Part shown: one piece after another, positions 34,517 through 41,562 of the stretch | Layout of the letters: each line of letters starts with the position of its first letter | Position numbering within the stretch: position 1 is the first letter of the stretch | DNA from: an uncultured Methanosarcinales archaeon | GTDB taxonomy: Archaea; Nanobdellota; Nanobdellia; Woesearchaeales; GW2011-AR9 | DNA: 50,950 nucleotides | NCBI GenBank assembly: GCA_964464055.1 | Contig: CAYXEO010000006.1 | Span: 1,293-52,242, forward strand | Reading direction: 5' to 3' | Made by a program: the position numbers and the translations under genes | The notes under the pieces: generated by a model | Told to the model about the DNA's origin: nothing | The model's database searches: none | Seen by the model: only the letters and a program-made list of their open reading frames with translations

Positions 34517-35965
34517 ATGTTTAATGATAAAAAAGGGATGGCCATGAGCACGTTAGTGAAGATGATTATCCCGTTAATTGTTTTAGTGATAATTGGGATT
34601 GCCTTATTTCCCAAATTTAACCCGATGGTTTCTAGTGCGACAGAACTAGCAGATTTCGGTGACTGTGATAAAGATAAAGTACAAAATTATTTTGATAAAT
34701 GTCCTTGCATAACCACTCTCTCTGATGAATCGGAAGATTTGCGTGGATGCCCTAAGGGGACCAGCGTAAATAAATCTAATTGGGATCAACAAACATGTAA
34801 CTGGTTTATTACTAATTTGGAAGACCCTGAAAAAGATCCGGTAGAAAGTTGCGGTGAAGATAACGAAAGTGGTTGTGCTGGAGTTGGCGGTGTAGAAGGT
34901 GTTTATAAAACCAGATGTGGCCATGTAGGAGAAACAGCGATTGAATTGCCTACGATAGAACAAGCCGATGAAGATGCCGTGACAATTAATACTAATGTTG
35001 CGTTGGAATCCTTAACAGTAAACAAATGGGATAACCCAAATTGGTTAAATTCAGATTTATTTTTTGAACGTGCACAAGGTCCTTCTACTTCTTGGTCACA
35101 TAAAGGTGGCCATTTTAATTGGATTCAAATAAAACCTAATATTAGTAACACAGGTAATATCAAAGTTGCAAATACATTTAACGTTGAAGTTCAGGTGTGT
35201 AATTCTGCCGGCACTAAATGTAAAAGGAAAAATTTGTACGATTCTTCTGGCACAGATTCGCATGGAGCCCCAACCGGGACGCCAATCCCGGTTTATAGTG
35301 TTAATGGATTGGATGTGAATGAGTCTGATGGAGAAAATAAGTTTGTTCAGATAGGGTATAATGGCGATTATTGTGATGGTCTTGGTGACCATGACTGTTT
35401 GGTTAAATTAAAGATTTACGGCATTAAAGATATAGATAAAACGGATAATGAAATCAGTTTTGTGTTTAAATACACAGATCAAATACATAATCCAAAAATG
35501 AGTCTAACTTGGTACCAGTTAGAGTTTGTAGTAGGTAATAATGGCGATAATGATGAGTATGATAATTTCTGTCAGAAATGCACTATTAGTCAAGCCAAAA
35601 ATAAATTTTACAAAAAATGGGGTGCCCATCATGGCGCATATCCAGACTCTGCTTCTGGGAATAATTGTGTTATTTTTGCTGTTGATGACGATGGTGGTAT
35701 GGAAGATTTAGGTTCTGGTGAAGTTCAAGAGGGGTTCATATTACACGCTGATAAGTCCGTTAAACTTTCTCTAACAAATGTACAAGGAGAAGTTGATGCG
35801 TATACTGGTGTTCAAAAAAGAAATGCAGCTGCACAAACAGACGGTGACGTGATCTGTTACAATAACGCATGGTATTGGTGCAGTAAAAGTAGTAATGATG
35901 AGTTAGTTGTTGTTGGTAACGATTATTACGTTTGTAACAATTTGAACTGGATCAAAAGGCAATGA
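34517..35965 (+). CDS. Pilin-like protein, 482 aa
   Basis: ATG 34517 is preferred because AGAGGT sits 10 nt upstream. The N-terminus MFNDKKG|MAMSTLVKMIIPLIVLVIIGIALF parallels the MFNNKKGQGMS of the 31762 gene. The track start is 34508. Confidence 0.75.
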   Translation: MFNDKKGMAMSTLVKMIIPLIVLVIIGIALFPKFNPMVSSATELADFGDCDKDKVQNYFDKCPCITTLSDESEDLRGCPKGTSVNKSNWDQQTCNWFITNLEDPEKDPVESCGEDNESGCAGVGGVEGVYKTRCGHVGETAIELPTIEQADEDAVTINTNVALESLTVNKWDNPNWLNSDLFFERAQGPSTSWSHKGGHFNWIQIKPNISNTGNIKVANTFNVEVQVCNSAGTKCKRKNLYDSSGTDSHGAPTGTPIPVYSVNGLDVNESDGENKFVQIGYNGDYCDGLGDHDCLVKLKIYGIKDIDKTDNEISFVFKYTDQIHNPKMSLTWYQLEFVVGNNGDNDEYDNFCQKCTISQAKNKFYKKWGAHHGAYPDSASGNNCVIFAVDDDGGMEDLGSGEVQEGFILHADKSVKLSLTNVQGEVDAYTGVQKRNAAAQTDGDVICYNNAWYWCSKSSNDELVVVGNDYYVCNNLNWIKRQ

Positions 35966-35992
35966 TTTTATTTTTTTTAATTTTTTTTCAAA

Positions 35993-36613
35993 ATGGTAAA
36001 CAAAAAAGGGATAATGTTAAAATTTTTAACGACGATTTTGTTAGCGATAGTTATTTTTGCACCTGCTTGTATGGTTTCTTCTAAATTTTTTCGGCTCAGT
36101 GCACAAGCGAATGACAATTTTGCTGAATTCGTAGAAAAGATAGACAAACTGGGTAATTATGGTCAACAGGGTGAACAAAGTAGTTTCGTGTTGATTAAAG
36201 ATAAAAATACATGTATTGCTAATTTGTGGTCTGGTTCCGATTATCATGAAAGATATACTCGTTGTTCTTCTGGTCAAGTAGAAGAAACGTGGCTCGGAGT
36301 AGGCAAATCATGCCAAGGGAAAGATTGTATTTGTTTGATAAAAGAGCTTAGTGTCACAGAAACAGACAGGAAAAGTTCTAATTGTGGTTCTGAAAAAAGA
36401 GTGAATGAAATAACGCCAACAAAAATAGCTTGTATTTCTGTACCAGACAATTATTATATTTATGGATTAAGTTGGAGAGATTGGTGTCGGTTTGGTGACG
36501 ATTCACGAAGAACAACCATGAGTATGGTAAAAGAAGGTAACAAAGTTTATGTTTGTGAAGCAGGTAATTGTGATATTCCTGAAACGCCGGAAAAACACCT
36601 ATACAAAGGATAA
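35993..36613 (+). CDS. Pilin-like protein, 206 aa
   Basis: MVNKKG|IMLKFLTTILLAIVIFAPA, with a Cys-rich mature part. Confidence 0.75.
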   Translation: MVNKKGIMLKFLTTILLAIVIFAPACMVSSKFFRLSAQANDNFAEFVEKIDKLGNYGQQGEQSSFVLIKDKNTCIANLWSGSDYHERYTRCSSGQVEETWLGVGKSCQGKDCICLIKELSVTETDRKSSNCGSEKRVNEITPTKIACISVPDNYYIYGLSWRDWCRFGDDSRRTTMSMVKEGNKVYVCEAGNCDIPETPEKHLYKG

Positions 36614-36616
36614 AAA

Positions 36617-37027
36617 ATGAATAAAAAAGCTAACAGTACAATAATGATAATTTTTGAAGTGTTGACCTTATTAGCGATAGCTTACATGATGATTACCGTG
36701 GGACTTGTTTATGGCAGTTCTGATACGGTTTTCAAAGTTAATACCGCGGAAGAAATAAGGATGATGGTGGACACGTTAGCAGGGATACCCGGGGAAGCAA
36801 AAGTTCAATTCCCTCATAATGTTTCAGGTTACAATTTGAAATTGGAAAAAGGTACAATTGCAGTTTTTAAGGTTGGTGAAGAAGAAAGTAGCGGTAAATG
36901 GGTCACTAGAAATTTTTTTTTACCTGCTGGTTTTGATGCCAAAGGTATATCAAGAAACGAAACAACTTTTTGTTTAGAGAAAGAAAGGTTGCAAACGAAA
37001 GTAATGATAAAAATGGTGTCTTGTTAA
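36617..37027 (+). CDS. Pilin-like protein, 136 aa
   Basis: MNKKA|NSTIMIIFEVLTLLAIAYMMITVGLVY. It starts 3 nt after the previous stop. Confidence 0.75.
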   Translation: MNKKANSTIMIIFEVLTLLAIAYMMITVGLVYGSSDTVFKVNTAEEIRMMVDTLAGIPGEAKVQFPHNVSGYNLKLEKGTIAVFKVGEEESSGKWVTRNFFLPAGFDAKGISRNETTFCLEKERLQTKVMIKMVSC

Positions 37028-37028
37028 G

Positions 37029-37646
37029 ATGACAGAATTATTAAAGGGAATAAATAAAAAAGGACCATCTTTGTTTTCCTCACATTCGTTGCGGAAACTT
37101 CAGATCTCCAAAAAAGGACCATCTTCGTTTTCCTCACATTCGTTGCGGAAACTTCAGATCTCCAAAAAAGGACAATTCGACGTAGCTCGGAAAACAATAT
37201 TTTGGATGTTGGCGGGGGTTATGATTACCATAGTCATATTTGTTTTCGCTTTAATCTTGGGAGGTCATAAAGCTAACTTGATGAGTGTCCCTTTAGACGT
37301 TAAAGCAGAATTGATCTCGTTACGATTTACAAATTCTCCAGAATGTTTCGCTTACCAAGATAATGTTAGCAAAGTAGTTTTCCCAGGGATAATCGATTTA
37401 GAAAAATTTAACAAAACAACTTTAGAGAGATGTTATTCTACCGAAGGGATAGGTGGGATTAAAACCCTCAATTTTAGGTTAGAATTACAAAATACAAATT
37501 TGAAATTATTAACAGATAATTATTATAGTGCTGATGTAACAGATTCAACTATTTTTAAGGAAGTGTTAGTAAAATATGAGAATGGTTTAGAGAAAGATAC
37601 ATTGGCAATTTATGTACAAGAAAAAATTAAAGGGTACGAACAATGA
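37029..37646 (+). CDS. Pilin-like protein with triplicated KKG site (205 aa)
   Basis: MTELLKGINKKG-PSLFSSHSLRKLQISKKG-PSSFSSHSLRKLQISKKG|QFDVARKTIFWMLAGVMITIVIFVFALIL. The two 18-aa inserts come from a 54-bp tandem repeat. Confidence 0.7.
   Translation: MTELLKGINKKGPSLFSSHSLRKLQISKKGPSSFSSHSLRKLQISKKGQFDVARKTIFWMLAGVMITIVIFVFALILGGHKANLMSVPLDVKAELISLRFTNSPECFAYQDNVSKVVFPGIIDLEKFNKTTLERCYSTEGIGGIKTLNFRLELQNTNLKLLTDNYYSADVTDSTIFKEVLVKYENGLEKDTLAIYVQEKIKGYEQ
37056..37173 (+). repeat. 54-bp tandem repeat, 2.2 copies, in frame inside the 5' end of the 37029 gene
   Basis: Unit AAAAAAGGACCATCTTTGTTTTCCTCACATTCGTTGCGGAAACTTCAGATCTCC occupies 37056-37109 and repeats at 37110-37163 with one mismatch (TTG/TCG). 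A partial third copy, AAAAAAGGAC, is at 37164-37173. Confidence 0.9.
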
Positions 37647-38041
37647 AGAAGTGGAATAAAAAAGGGATGATGGACGATTTTTTTGATTTCATATTTACTA
37701 CCGTCTCTCTTTTTTTCTTATTGTTTTTTATTTCGTTAGTATTCAATGGTTCGGTAAATAGTTCACATGAAACAAGTGCAGAAAATGTTGCTGATTTTAA
37801 GATTAAAGATGCGGCGATAAACAATTTATTATTACAAAATTATCTTACAGAAGTAAATATTGATAAAATTGATTCATCCATCTCTAAAAGTAATTTATGG
37901 AACGGGAAAGTAATTACAAGTTGTACTGATTATACTACTGAAAAAGATTGCGAAAGCGACCCGATGGGGAAAGGTGGAGGGTTTTGTAATTGGGCAAGTT
38001 CATTTTGTTATTATGGTAATCCTGCGATAATGGTTGGTTAA
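37643..38041 (+). CDS. Pilin-like protein, 132 aa
   Basis: MKKWNKKG|MMDDFFDFIFTTVSLFFLLFFISLVF. It has an ATGA overlap with the previous gene. Confidence 0.75.
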   Translation: MKKWNKKGMMDDFFDFIFTTVSLFFLLFFISLVFNGSVNSSHETSAENVADFKIKDAAINNLLLQNYLTEVNIDKIDSSISKSNLWNGKVITSCTDYTTEKDCESDPMGKGGGFCNWASSFCYYGNPAIMVG

Positions 38042-38044
38042 AAA

Positions 38045-38833
38045 ATGAATAAAAAAGGAACGTTATTTCACTGGATATTTTTTATAGTTTTAATAGCGTT
38101 AGCGGTATTTTTCATGTATAATAATAAAGAGGTGCTTAATGTAAGCGTGAAAGGAGAATGGTCCACAGATTTTTTGATGAAAAATTATATCCCTGCAAAA
38201 AAGATGCTTTTAGAAAATAATATTGTAGCTAAAAAAACTGCTCAAGAAACGTTTTGGGAATTGGCTGAATACGGTGGTTATTCAGAGAACATTTCTTCCG
38301 ACTGTGGAAAATATCAGGGGGCAAATTTATGGAACAATGGTAATACTCCCTGTTTTCCAAACGCAAATAACATATTTAATTTGGCAATGAGCAAAAATAT
38401 TCAAGAAAATTCTGATAAACAATTTTGGAACATTGTTATTAATAACAATTTTGTTTCTGGTAAAGGTGACGATAATATGATTATAGAAAGTGATAACACC
38501 TATACTTTTAATGATGGGTTTGGGGTTTGGATATTTTATAAACTGGAAGATTATGATTCTTTGTTTGGCAAGGCTACAAAATTAGTTAACGCTTGTAATA
38601 ATGCAACAAATTCCACAACTTTGAAAATTTGTCTCGATGAAAATAAACCTAGCAGTTGGAAATACAGATCTTGTCAATCTGAAAGTTATTATGAACAAGC
38701 TCGGCAAGTTAAATTTTGTGCGGAAAGCCCTTACAATGTGCATTTATTAGCTTCTTCTGGACAGAAAGAAATAGTACATTATACCTTCGCACTAGATTTC
38801 ACTAACCAAACAACCCCATCAATTACCACATAA
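38045..38833 (+). CDS. Pilin-like protein, 262 aa (last gene of the island)
   Basis: MNKKG|TLFHWIFFIVLIALAVFFMY. It is followed by a 110-nt spacer with T-runs. Confidence 0.75.
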   Translation: MNKKGTLFHWIFFIVLIALAVFFMYNNKEVLNVSVKGEWSTDFLMKNYIPAKKMLLENNIVAKKTAQETFWELAEYGGYSENISSDCGKYQGANLWNNGNTPCFPNANNIFNLAMSKNIQENSDKQFWNIVINNNFVSGKGDDNMIIESDNTYTFNDGFGVWIFYKLEDYDSLFGKATKLVNACNNATNSTTLKICLDENKPSSWKYRSCQSESYYEQARQVKFCAESPYNVHLLASSGQKEIVHYTFALDFTNQTTPSITT

Positions 38834-38943
38834 ATCTCTTACTAACTACCGATTTAGTATCTATTTAATTATACAAATACTTATATACCTTTTTTATAAT
38901 TCTTTTTTTATATCATTAATCTAAACAGGGGTGAAAAATTAAG

Positions 38944-40041
38944 ATGTATAAAGTTCCATTAAACGAAATAAAAGAAAAAATAGTGTCTTCTGGGAAGATG
39001 AGTTCTGAAGAGTTAGATGCGAAAATCAAATCAAAAGTTAGCGAATTGTCCGGGTTAATCAGTGAAGAAGGTGCAGCACATATTGTAGCTAACGAACTAA
39101 ATATTGAGTTGGTTAGTTCTGAACAAAAGCATTTAAAAATTAAAGAAGTTTATGCAGGGATGCGAAACATTTCCACGGTGGGAAAAGTTGTACGTAAATT
39201 TGATGTGAACGAATTTGCAAAGGGTGATTCTACAGGAAAAGTATGTTCTATAATTTTAGGTGATGAAACAGGCACAATTAGGGTGGTTTTTTGGAATGAA
39301 CAAGTAGAACAACTTACAGGAGTTAAAGATGGAGACATTTTGGCCCTGAAAGAAGTTTATGCTAAAGAAAATAAAAACAGTAACAATAACAACAAAGAGA
39401 TTCATTTAGGTGATCGTGGAGAAGTTGAAATTAATCCGAAAGATATAGAAATTAGCGATGTTCGACAAGGTACAACTTATGAACGGAGAAAAATTGAAGA
39501 ATTACAAGATGGGGATGCCGGCGTAGAGGTATTGGGCACAGTTGTACAAATTTATGATCCAAGATTTTTTCATATCTGTCCAGAATGTAACAAACGGGCT
39601 AACGAAACGGAAGGCAAATACCAATGTGTTGAGCACGGTGAAGTCACTCCAGCACTTTCTTATGTACTTAATTTGGTTGTTGACGATGGCACAGGTAATA
39701 TCAGGTGCGTATTTTGGAAAAACCAAATTAACCATTTACTAGACAAAACAGAAAATGATATGGGCAAATTTAAAGAGGGCTTGTCACCATTTGAAGAAGT
39801 TAAAACTGATTTGTTGGGTAGTTTATTTAAGTTATTGGGAAGAATTAAACGGAACGAAATGTTTGATAGGTTAGAATTTAATGTGCAGATAGTTGAGAAA
39901 GCCAAAGCTAAGGAAGAAATTAATAAGTTGGAAAGTGTAACAGAGAAAAAAGAAGTAGTTGCAGGAGAATCAGTCGCAGATGAACCTGTCATAGAAGAAA
40001 CAAACGTCACGGATGAACCAAAAACAGAACCAATAAATTAA
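38944..40041 (+). CDS. rpa: Replication protein A (archaeal RPA/RFA ssDNA-binding protein)
   Basis: 365 aa. The N-terminal domain is SELSGLISEEGAAHIVANELNIEL. The OB folds are GDETGTIRVVFWNEQ and VDDGTGNIRCVFWKNQ, and the zinc ribbon is CPECNKR...YQCVEHG. The SD-like GGGGTGA lies upstream. Confidence 0.85.
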   Translation: MYKVPLNEIKEKIVSSGKMSSEELDAKIKSKVSELSGLISEEGAAHIVANELNIELVSSEQKHLKIKEVYAGMRNISTVGKVVRKFDVNEFAKGDSTGKVCSIILGDETGTIRVVFWNEQVEQLTGVKDGDILALKEVYAKENKNSNNNNKEIHLGDRGEVEINPKDIEISDVRQGTTYERRKIEELQDGDAGVEVLGTVVQIYDPRFFHICPECNKRANETEGKYQCVEHGEVTPALSYVLNLVVDDGTGNIRCVFWKNQINHLLDKTENDMGKFKEGLSPFEEVKTDLLGSLFKLLGRIKRNEMFDRLEFNVQIVEKAKAKEEINKLESVTEKKEVVAGESVADEPVIEETNVTDEPKTEPIN

Positions 40042-40120
40042 TTAGAACTAACAAAATTACATTTTATTGAAGATGTTAAAAAAGCGGAATTAGGATTATT
40101 CACTTTCAAATAGCAAAAAG

Positions 40121-40128
40121 TTTATAAA
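40121..40128 (+). promoter_or_regulatory. Candidate TATA box
   Basis: TTTATAAA sits about 30 nt upstream of ATG 40151. Confidence 0.3.
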
Positions 40129-40150
40129 TTCTTTTTTATTTGGTTACATT

Positions 40151-40411
40151 ATGGTAAATATTGAAGTAATGAACAAAACTTTAACTGACTTATTGGGTTG
40201 TGATGCACAAGTATATTCTATTACAGACACAATTAAAACTTCTGAAGAAGCTTTAAAAGTTGGTGAATTATAATATCTGTGGATTGACAATGCCCTTTGT
40301 GGTAATTATAATTTCTGTGATGTTGGGATGGATATGTTAAAAGCAAGTTATCAAAAATTACAAGATAAATTTCCTAAGGCGGCAGAAGAATTATCTACGA
40401 AGTTTTATTAA
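40151..40411 (+). pseudogene. Small gene of unknown function interrupted by an in-frame TAA
   Basis: 40 codons (MVNIEVMNKTLTDLLGCDAQVYSITDTIKTSEEALKVGEL), then TAA at 40271-40273. A further 45 sense codons follow in the same frame (YLWIDNALCGNYNFCDVGMDMLKASYQKLQDKFPKAAEELSTKFY) up to TAA 40409-40411. Confidence 0.35.
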
Positions 40412-40432
40412 TCTTTACTTTTTATTTTTTTT

Positions 40433-40888
40433 ATGCTTTTTCATACTCACTTATTATTTGGACTTTTTTTCTTTATCGTTTTTAGAATTTTTTTCAGTGG
40501 TGGGAACGAAGTTTTATTTTTAGCATTAGTTCTTTTAGGTAGCGTTTTACCAGACCTTGACCAAAACAGGAGTAAAATTCATCGTTGGAGCGGGTTAATT
40601 GGTATCATCGTGGGTTATTTTGTTAAGCATCGTGGGATTTTACATTCTGTTTTTTTTATGTTTTTTAGTTTCGCAGTAGCAAGTTTTTTTTTTGGTAGTT
40701 ATTATGGGTTTGGACTTTTATTAGGGGTGACAGCGCATTTAGTAGGTGATGGTTTAACACCGGCAGGGATAAAATTGTTTTATCCTATTTCTAAGATGCG
40801 TATCAAAGGTCCAATCAAAGTAGGTAGCATAGGTGAGTGGTTAGTTTTGATTGGTTTAGCAATTTTGATTTTGAAAGAATTCTTGTGA
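40433..40888 (+). CDS. Membrane-bound metal-dependent hydrolase, YdjM/DUF457-like
   Basis: 151 aa. It shows MLFHTHLLFG..., LPDLDQ, HRGILHS and AHLVGDGLTPAGIKLFYP, with four to five hydrophobic segments. Confidence 0.55.
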   Translation: MLFHTHLLFGLFFFIVFRIFFSGGNEVLFLALVLLGSVLPDLDQNRSKIHRWSGLIGIIVGYFVKHRGILHSVFFMFFSFAVASFFFGSYYGFGLLLGVTAHLVGDGLTPAGIKLFYPISKMRIKGPIKVGSIGEWLVLIGLAILILKEFL

Positions 40889-40939
40889 TTTTTTATGGGT
40901 TAGTTTTGTGCATTTGTTAATTTCTAAATTTAATAGCGT

Positions 40940-41055
40940 GTTTGTCTGATTTAGCCAACCGTCTGTCCAGTGTCACAGTGTTTCTAGTTTCAAAATTCTC
41001 CCGTTACAAGGTTCTAACTTCTTCAAAAACGTCCACTGGACAGGTCCGGACAAAC
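40940..41055. other. Long imperfect inverted repeat in a GC-richer spacer (possible structured RNA or regulatory element)
   Basis: GTTTGTC (40940-40946) pairs with GACAAAC (41049-41055). CTGTCCAGTG (40963-40972) pairs with CACTGGACAG (41034-41043). A second hairpin, CCATCAAC-AAAATC-GTTGGTGG, is at about 41112-41133. No tRNA, SRP or RNase P signature was recognised. Confidence 0.25.
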
Positions 41056-41168
41056 TATATAAACTACCTATGCCTTATAGAATCTGTTGCTCAAAACCGA
41101 GCCACACCTCGCCATCAACAAAATCGTTGGTGGTTGAAATAAAATGCGAAAGCAAGAGGAATTAAAAA

Positions 41169-41540
41169 ATGAATAAAGAAAATGAATTAGTGTCTAAGGC
41201 ACAAAAAGATGTAGAAGTATCTAAGAAGAATAACGCAACTAACGGAAACAAAAGTCCAAGTGGAACCAAAGAATCTCTAGGAAATTTTCCAGAGATTAAG
41301 TTCCGGGCAGGGGCTATCTCGGCAACAGTTTGGTCAAACAAGACAACTAGGTCAGATGGCGAAGAAGCCGAGTACAAAACGATTTCTATCGATCGGAATT
41401 ATACTGATCAAGAAGGCAATTGGCACACTACGAATTCCTTACGGACTAACGATTTGCCAAAAGCTAAACTGGTTTTAGAAAAAGCATACGAACATGTAGT
41501 TTTCAGTAAACAAGAATTATTTAAGAAAGAGAATAAGTAA
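41169..41540 (+). CDS. Putative PC4/YdbC-like ssDNA-binding protein
   Basis: 123 aa. A basic, low-complexity N-terminus is followed by IKFRAGAISATVWSNK...EYKTISIDRNYTDQEGNWHTTNSLRTNDLPKAKLVLEKAYEHV. That reads as a beta-beta-beta-helix pattern like PC4/YdbC (recalled, weak). It lies 22 nt upstream of radA. Confidence 0.3.
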   Translation: MNKENELVSKAQKDVEVSKKNNATNGNKSPSGTKESLGNFPEIKFRAGAISATVWSNKTTRSDGEEAEYKTISIDRNYTDQEGNWHTTNSLRTNDLPKAKLVLEKAYEHVVFSKQELFKKENK

Positions 41541-41562
41541 TAATAAATGAGGTAATTAAAAA

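Noticed and set aside
37056-37173. Whether the 54-bp tandem repeat could be a mini CRISPR array
   Set aside because: The copies are directly adjacent with no spacers, there are only 2.2 of them, they are in frame within a CDS, and no cas genes or leader are present.
12461-38833. Diversity-generating retroelement targeting the surface proteins
   Set aside because: There is no reverse transcriptase in the window, and I saw no template/variable repeat pair. Detection of ~100-bp A-mismatched repeats by eye is weak, so this needs a proper self-alignment.
12461-38833. Pilus or archaellum assembly genes (FlaI/PilB ATPase, FlaJ/PilC platform, PibD/FlaK peptidase) hidden among the unknown ORFs
   Set aside because: No Walker A/B ATPase signature, no polytopic FlaJ-like protein and no paired-Asp peptidase motif was seen in any island ORF. 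They must lie elsewhere if they exist.
39150-40010. Minus-strand and other-frame ORFs inside rpa (39150-39338, 39502-39735, 39542-39742, 39660-40010), and the 167-aa ORF 41556-42059 antisense to radA
   Set aside because: They overlap genes with unambiguous RPA or RadA motifs. No independent support exists.
41041-41050. CAGGTCCGGA, identical to the first 10 nt of the conserved SRP RNA helix-8 string CAGGUCCGGAAGGAAGCAGC
   Set aside because: The match stops before the GGAA tetraloop and the AGCA motif. The local pairing is with 40963-40972 instead, and no helix 6 or 5' domain was found.
40942-41142. 66-aa + strand ORF and 41162-41377 (-) in or near the structured spacer
   Set aside because: There is no start context, the composition is not protein-like, and it has no similarity to anything recognisable. 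The region is better treated as non-coding.
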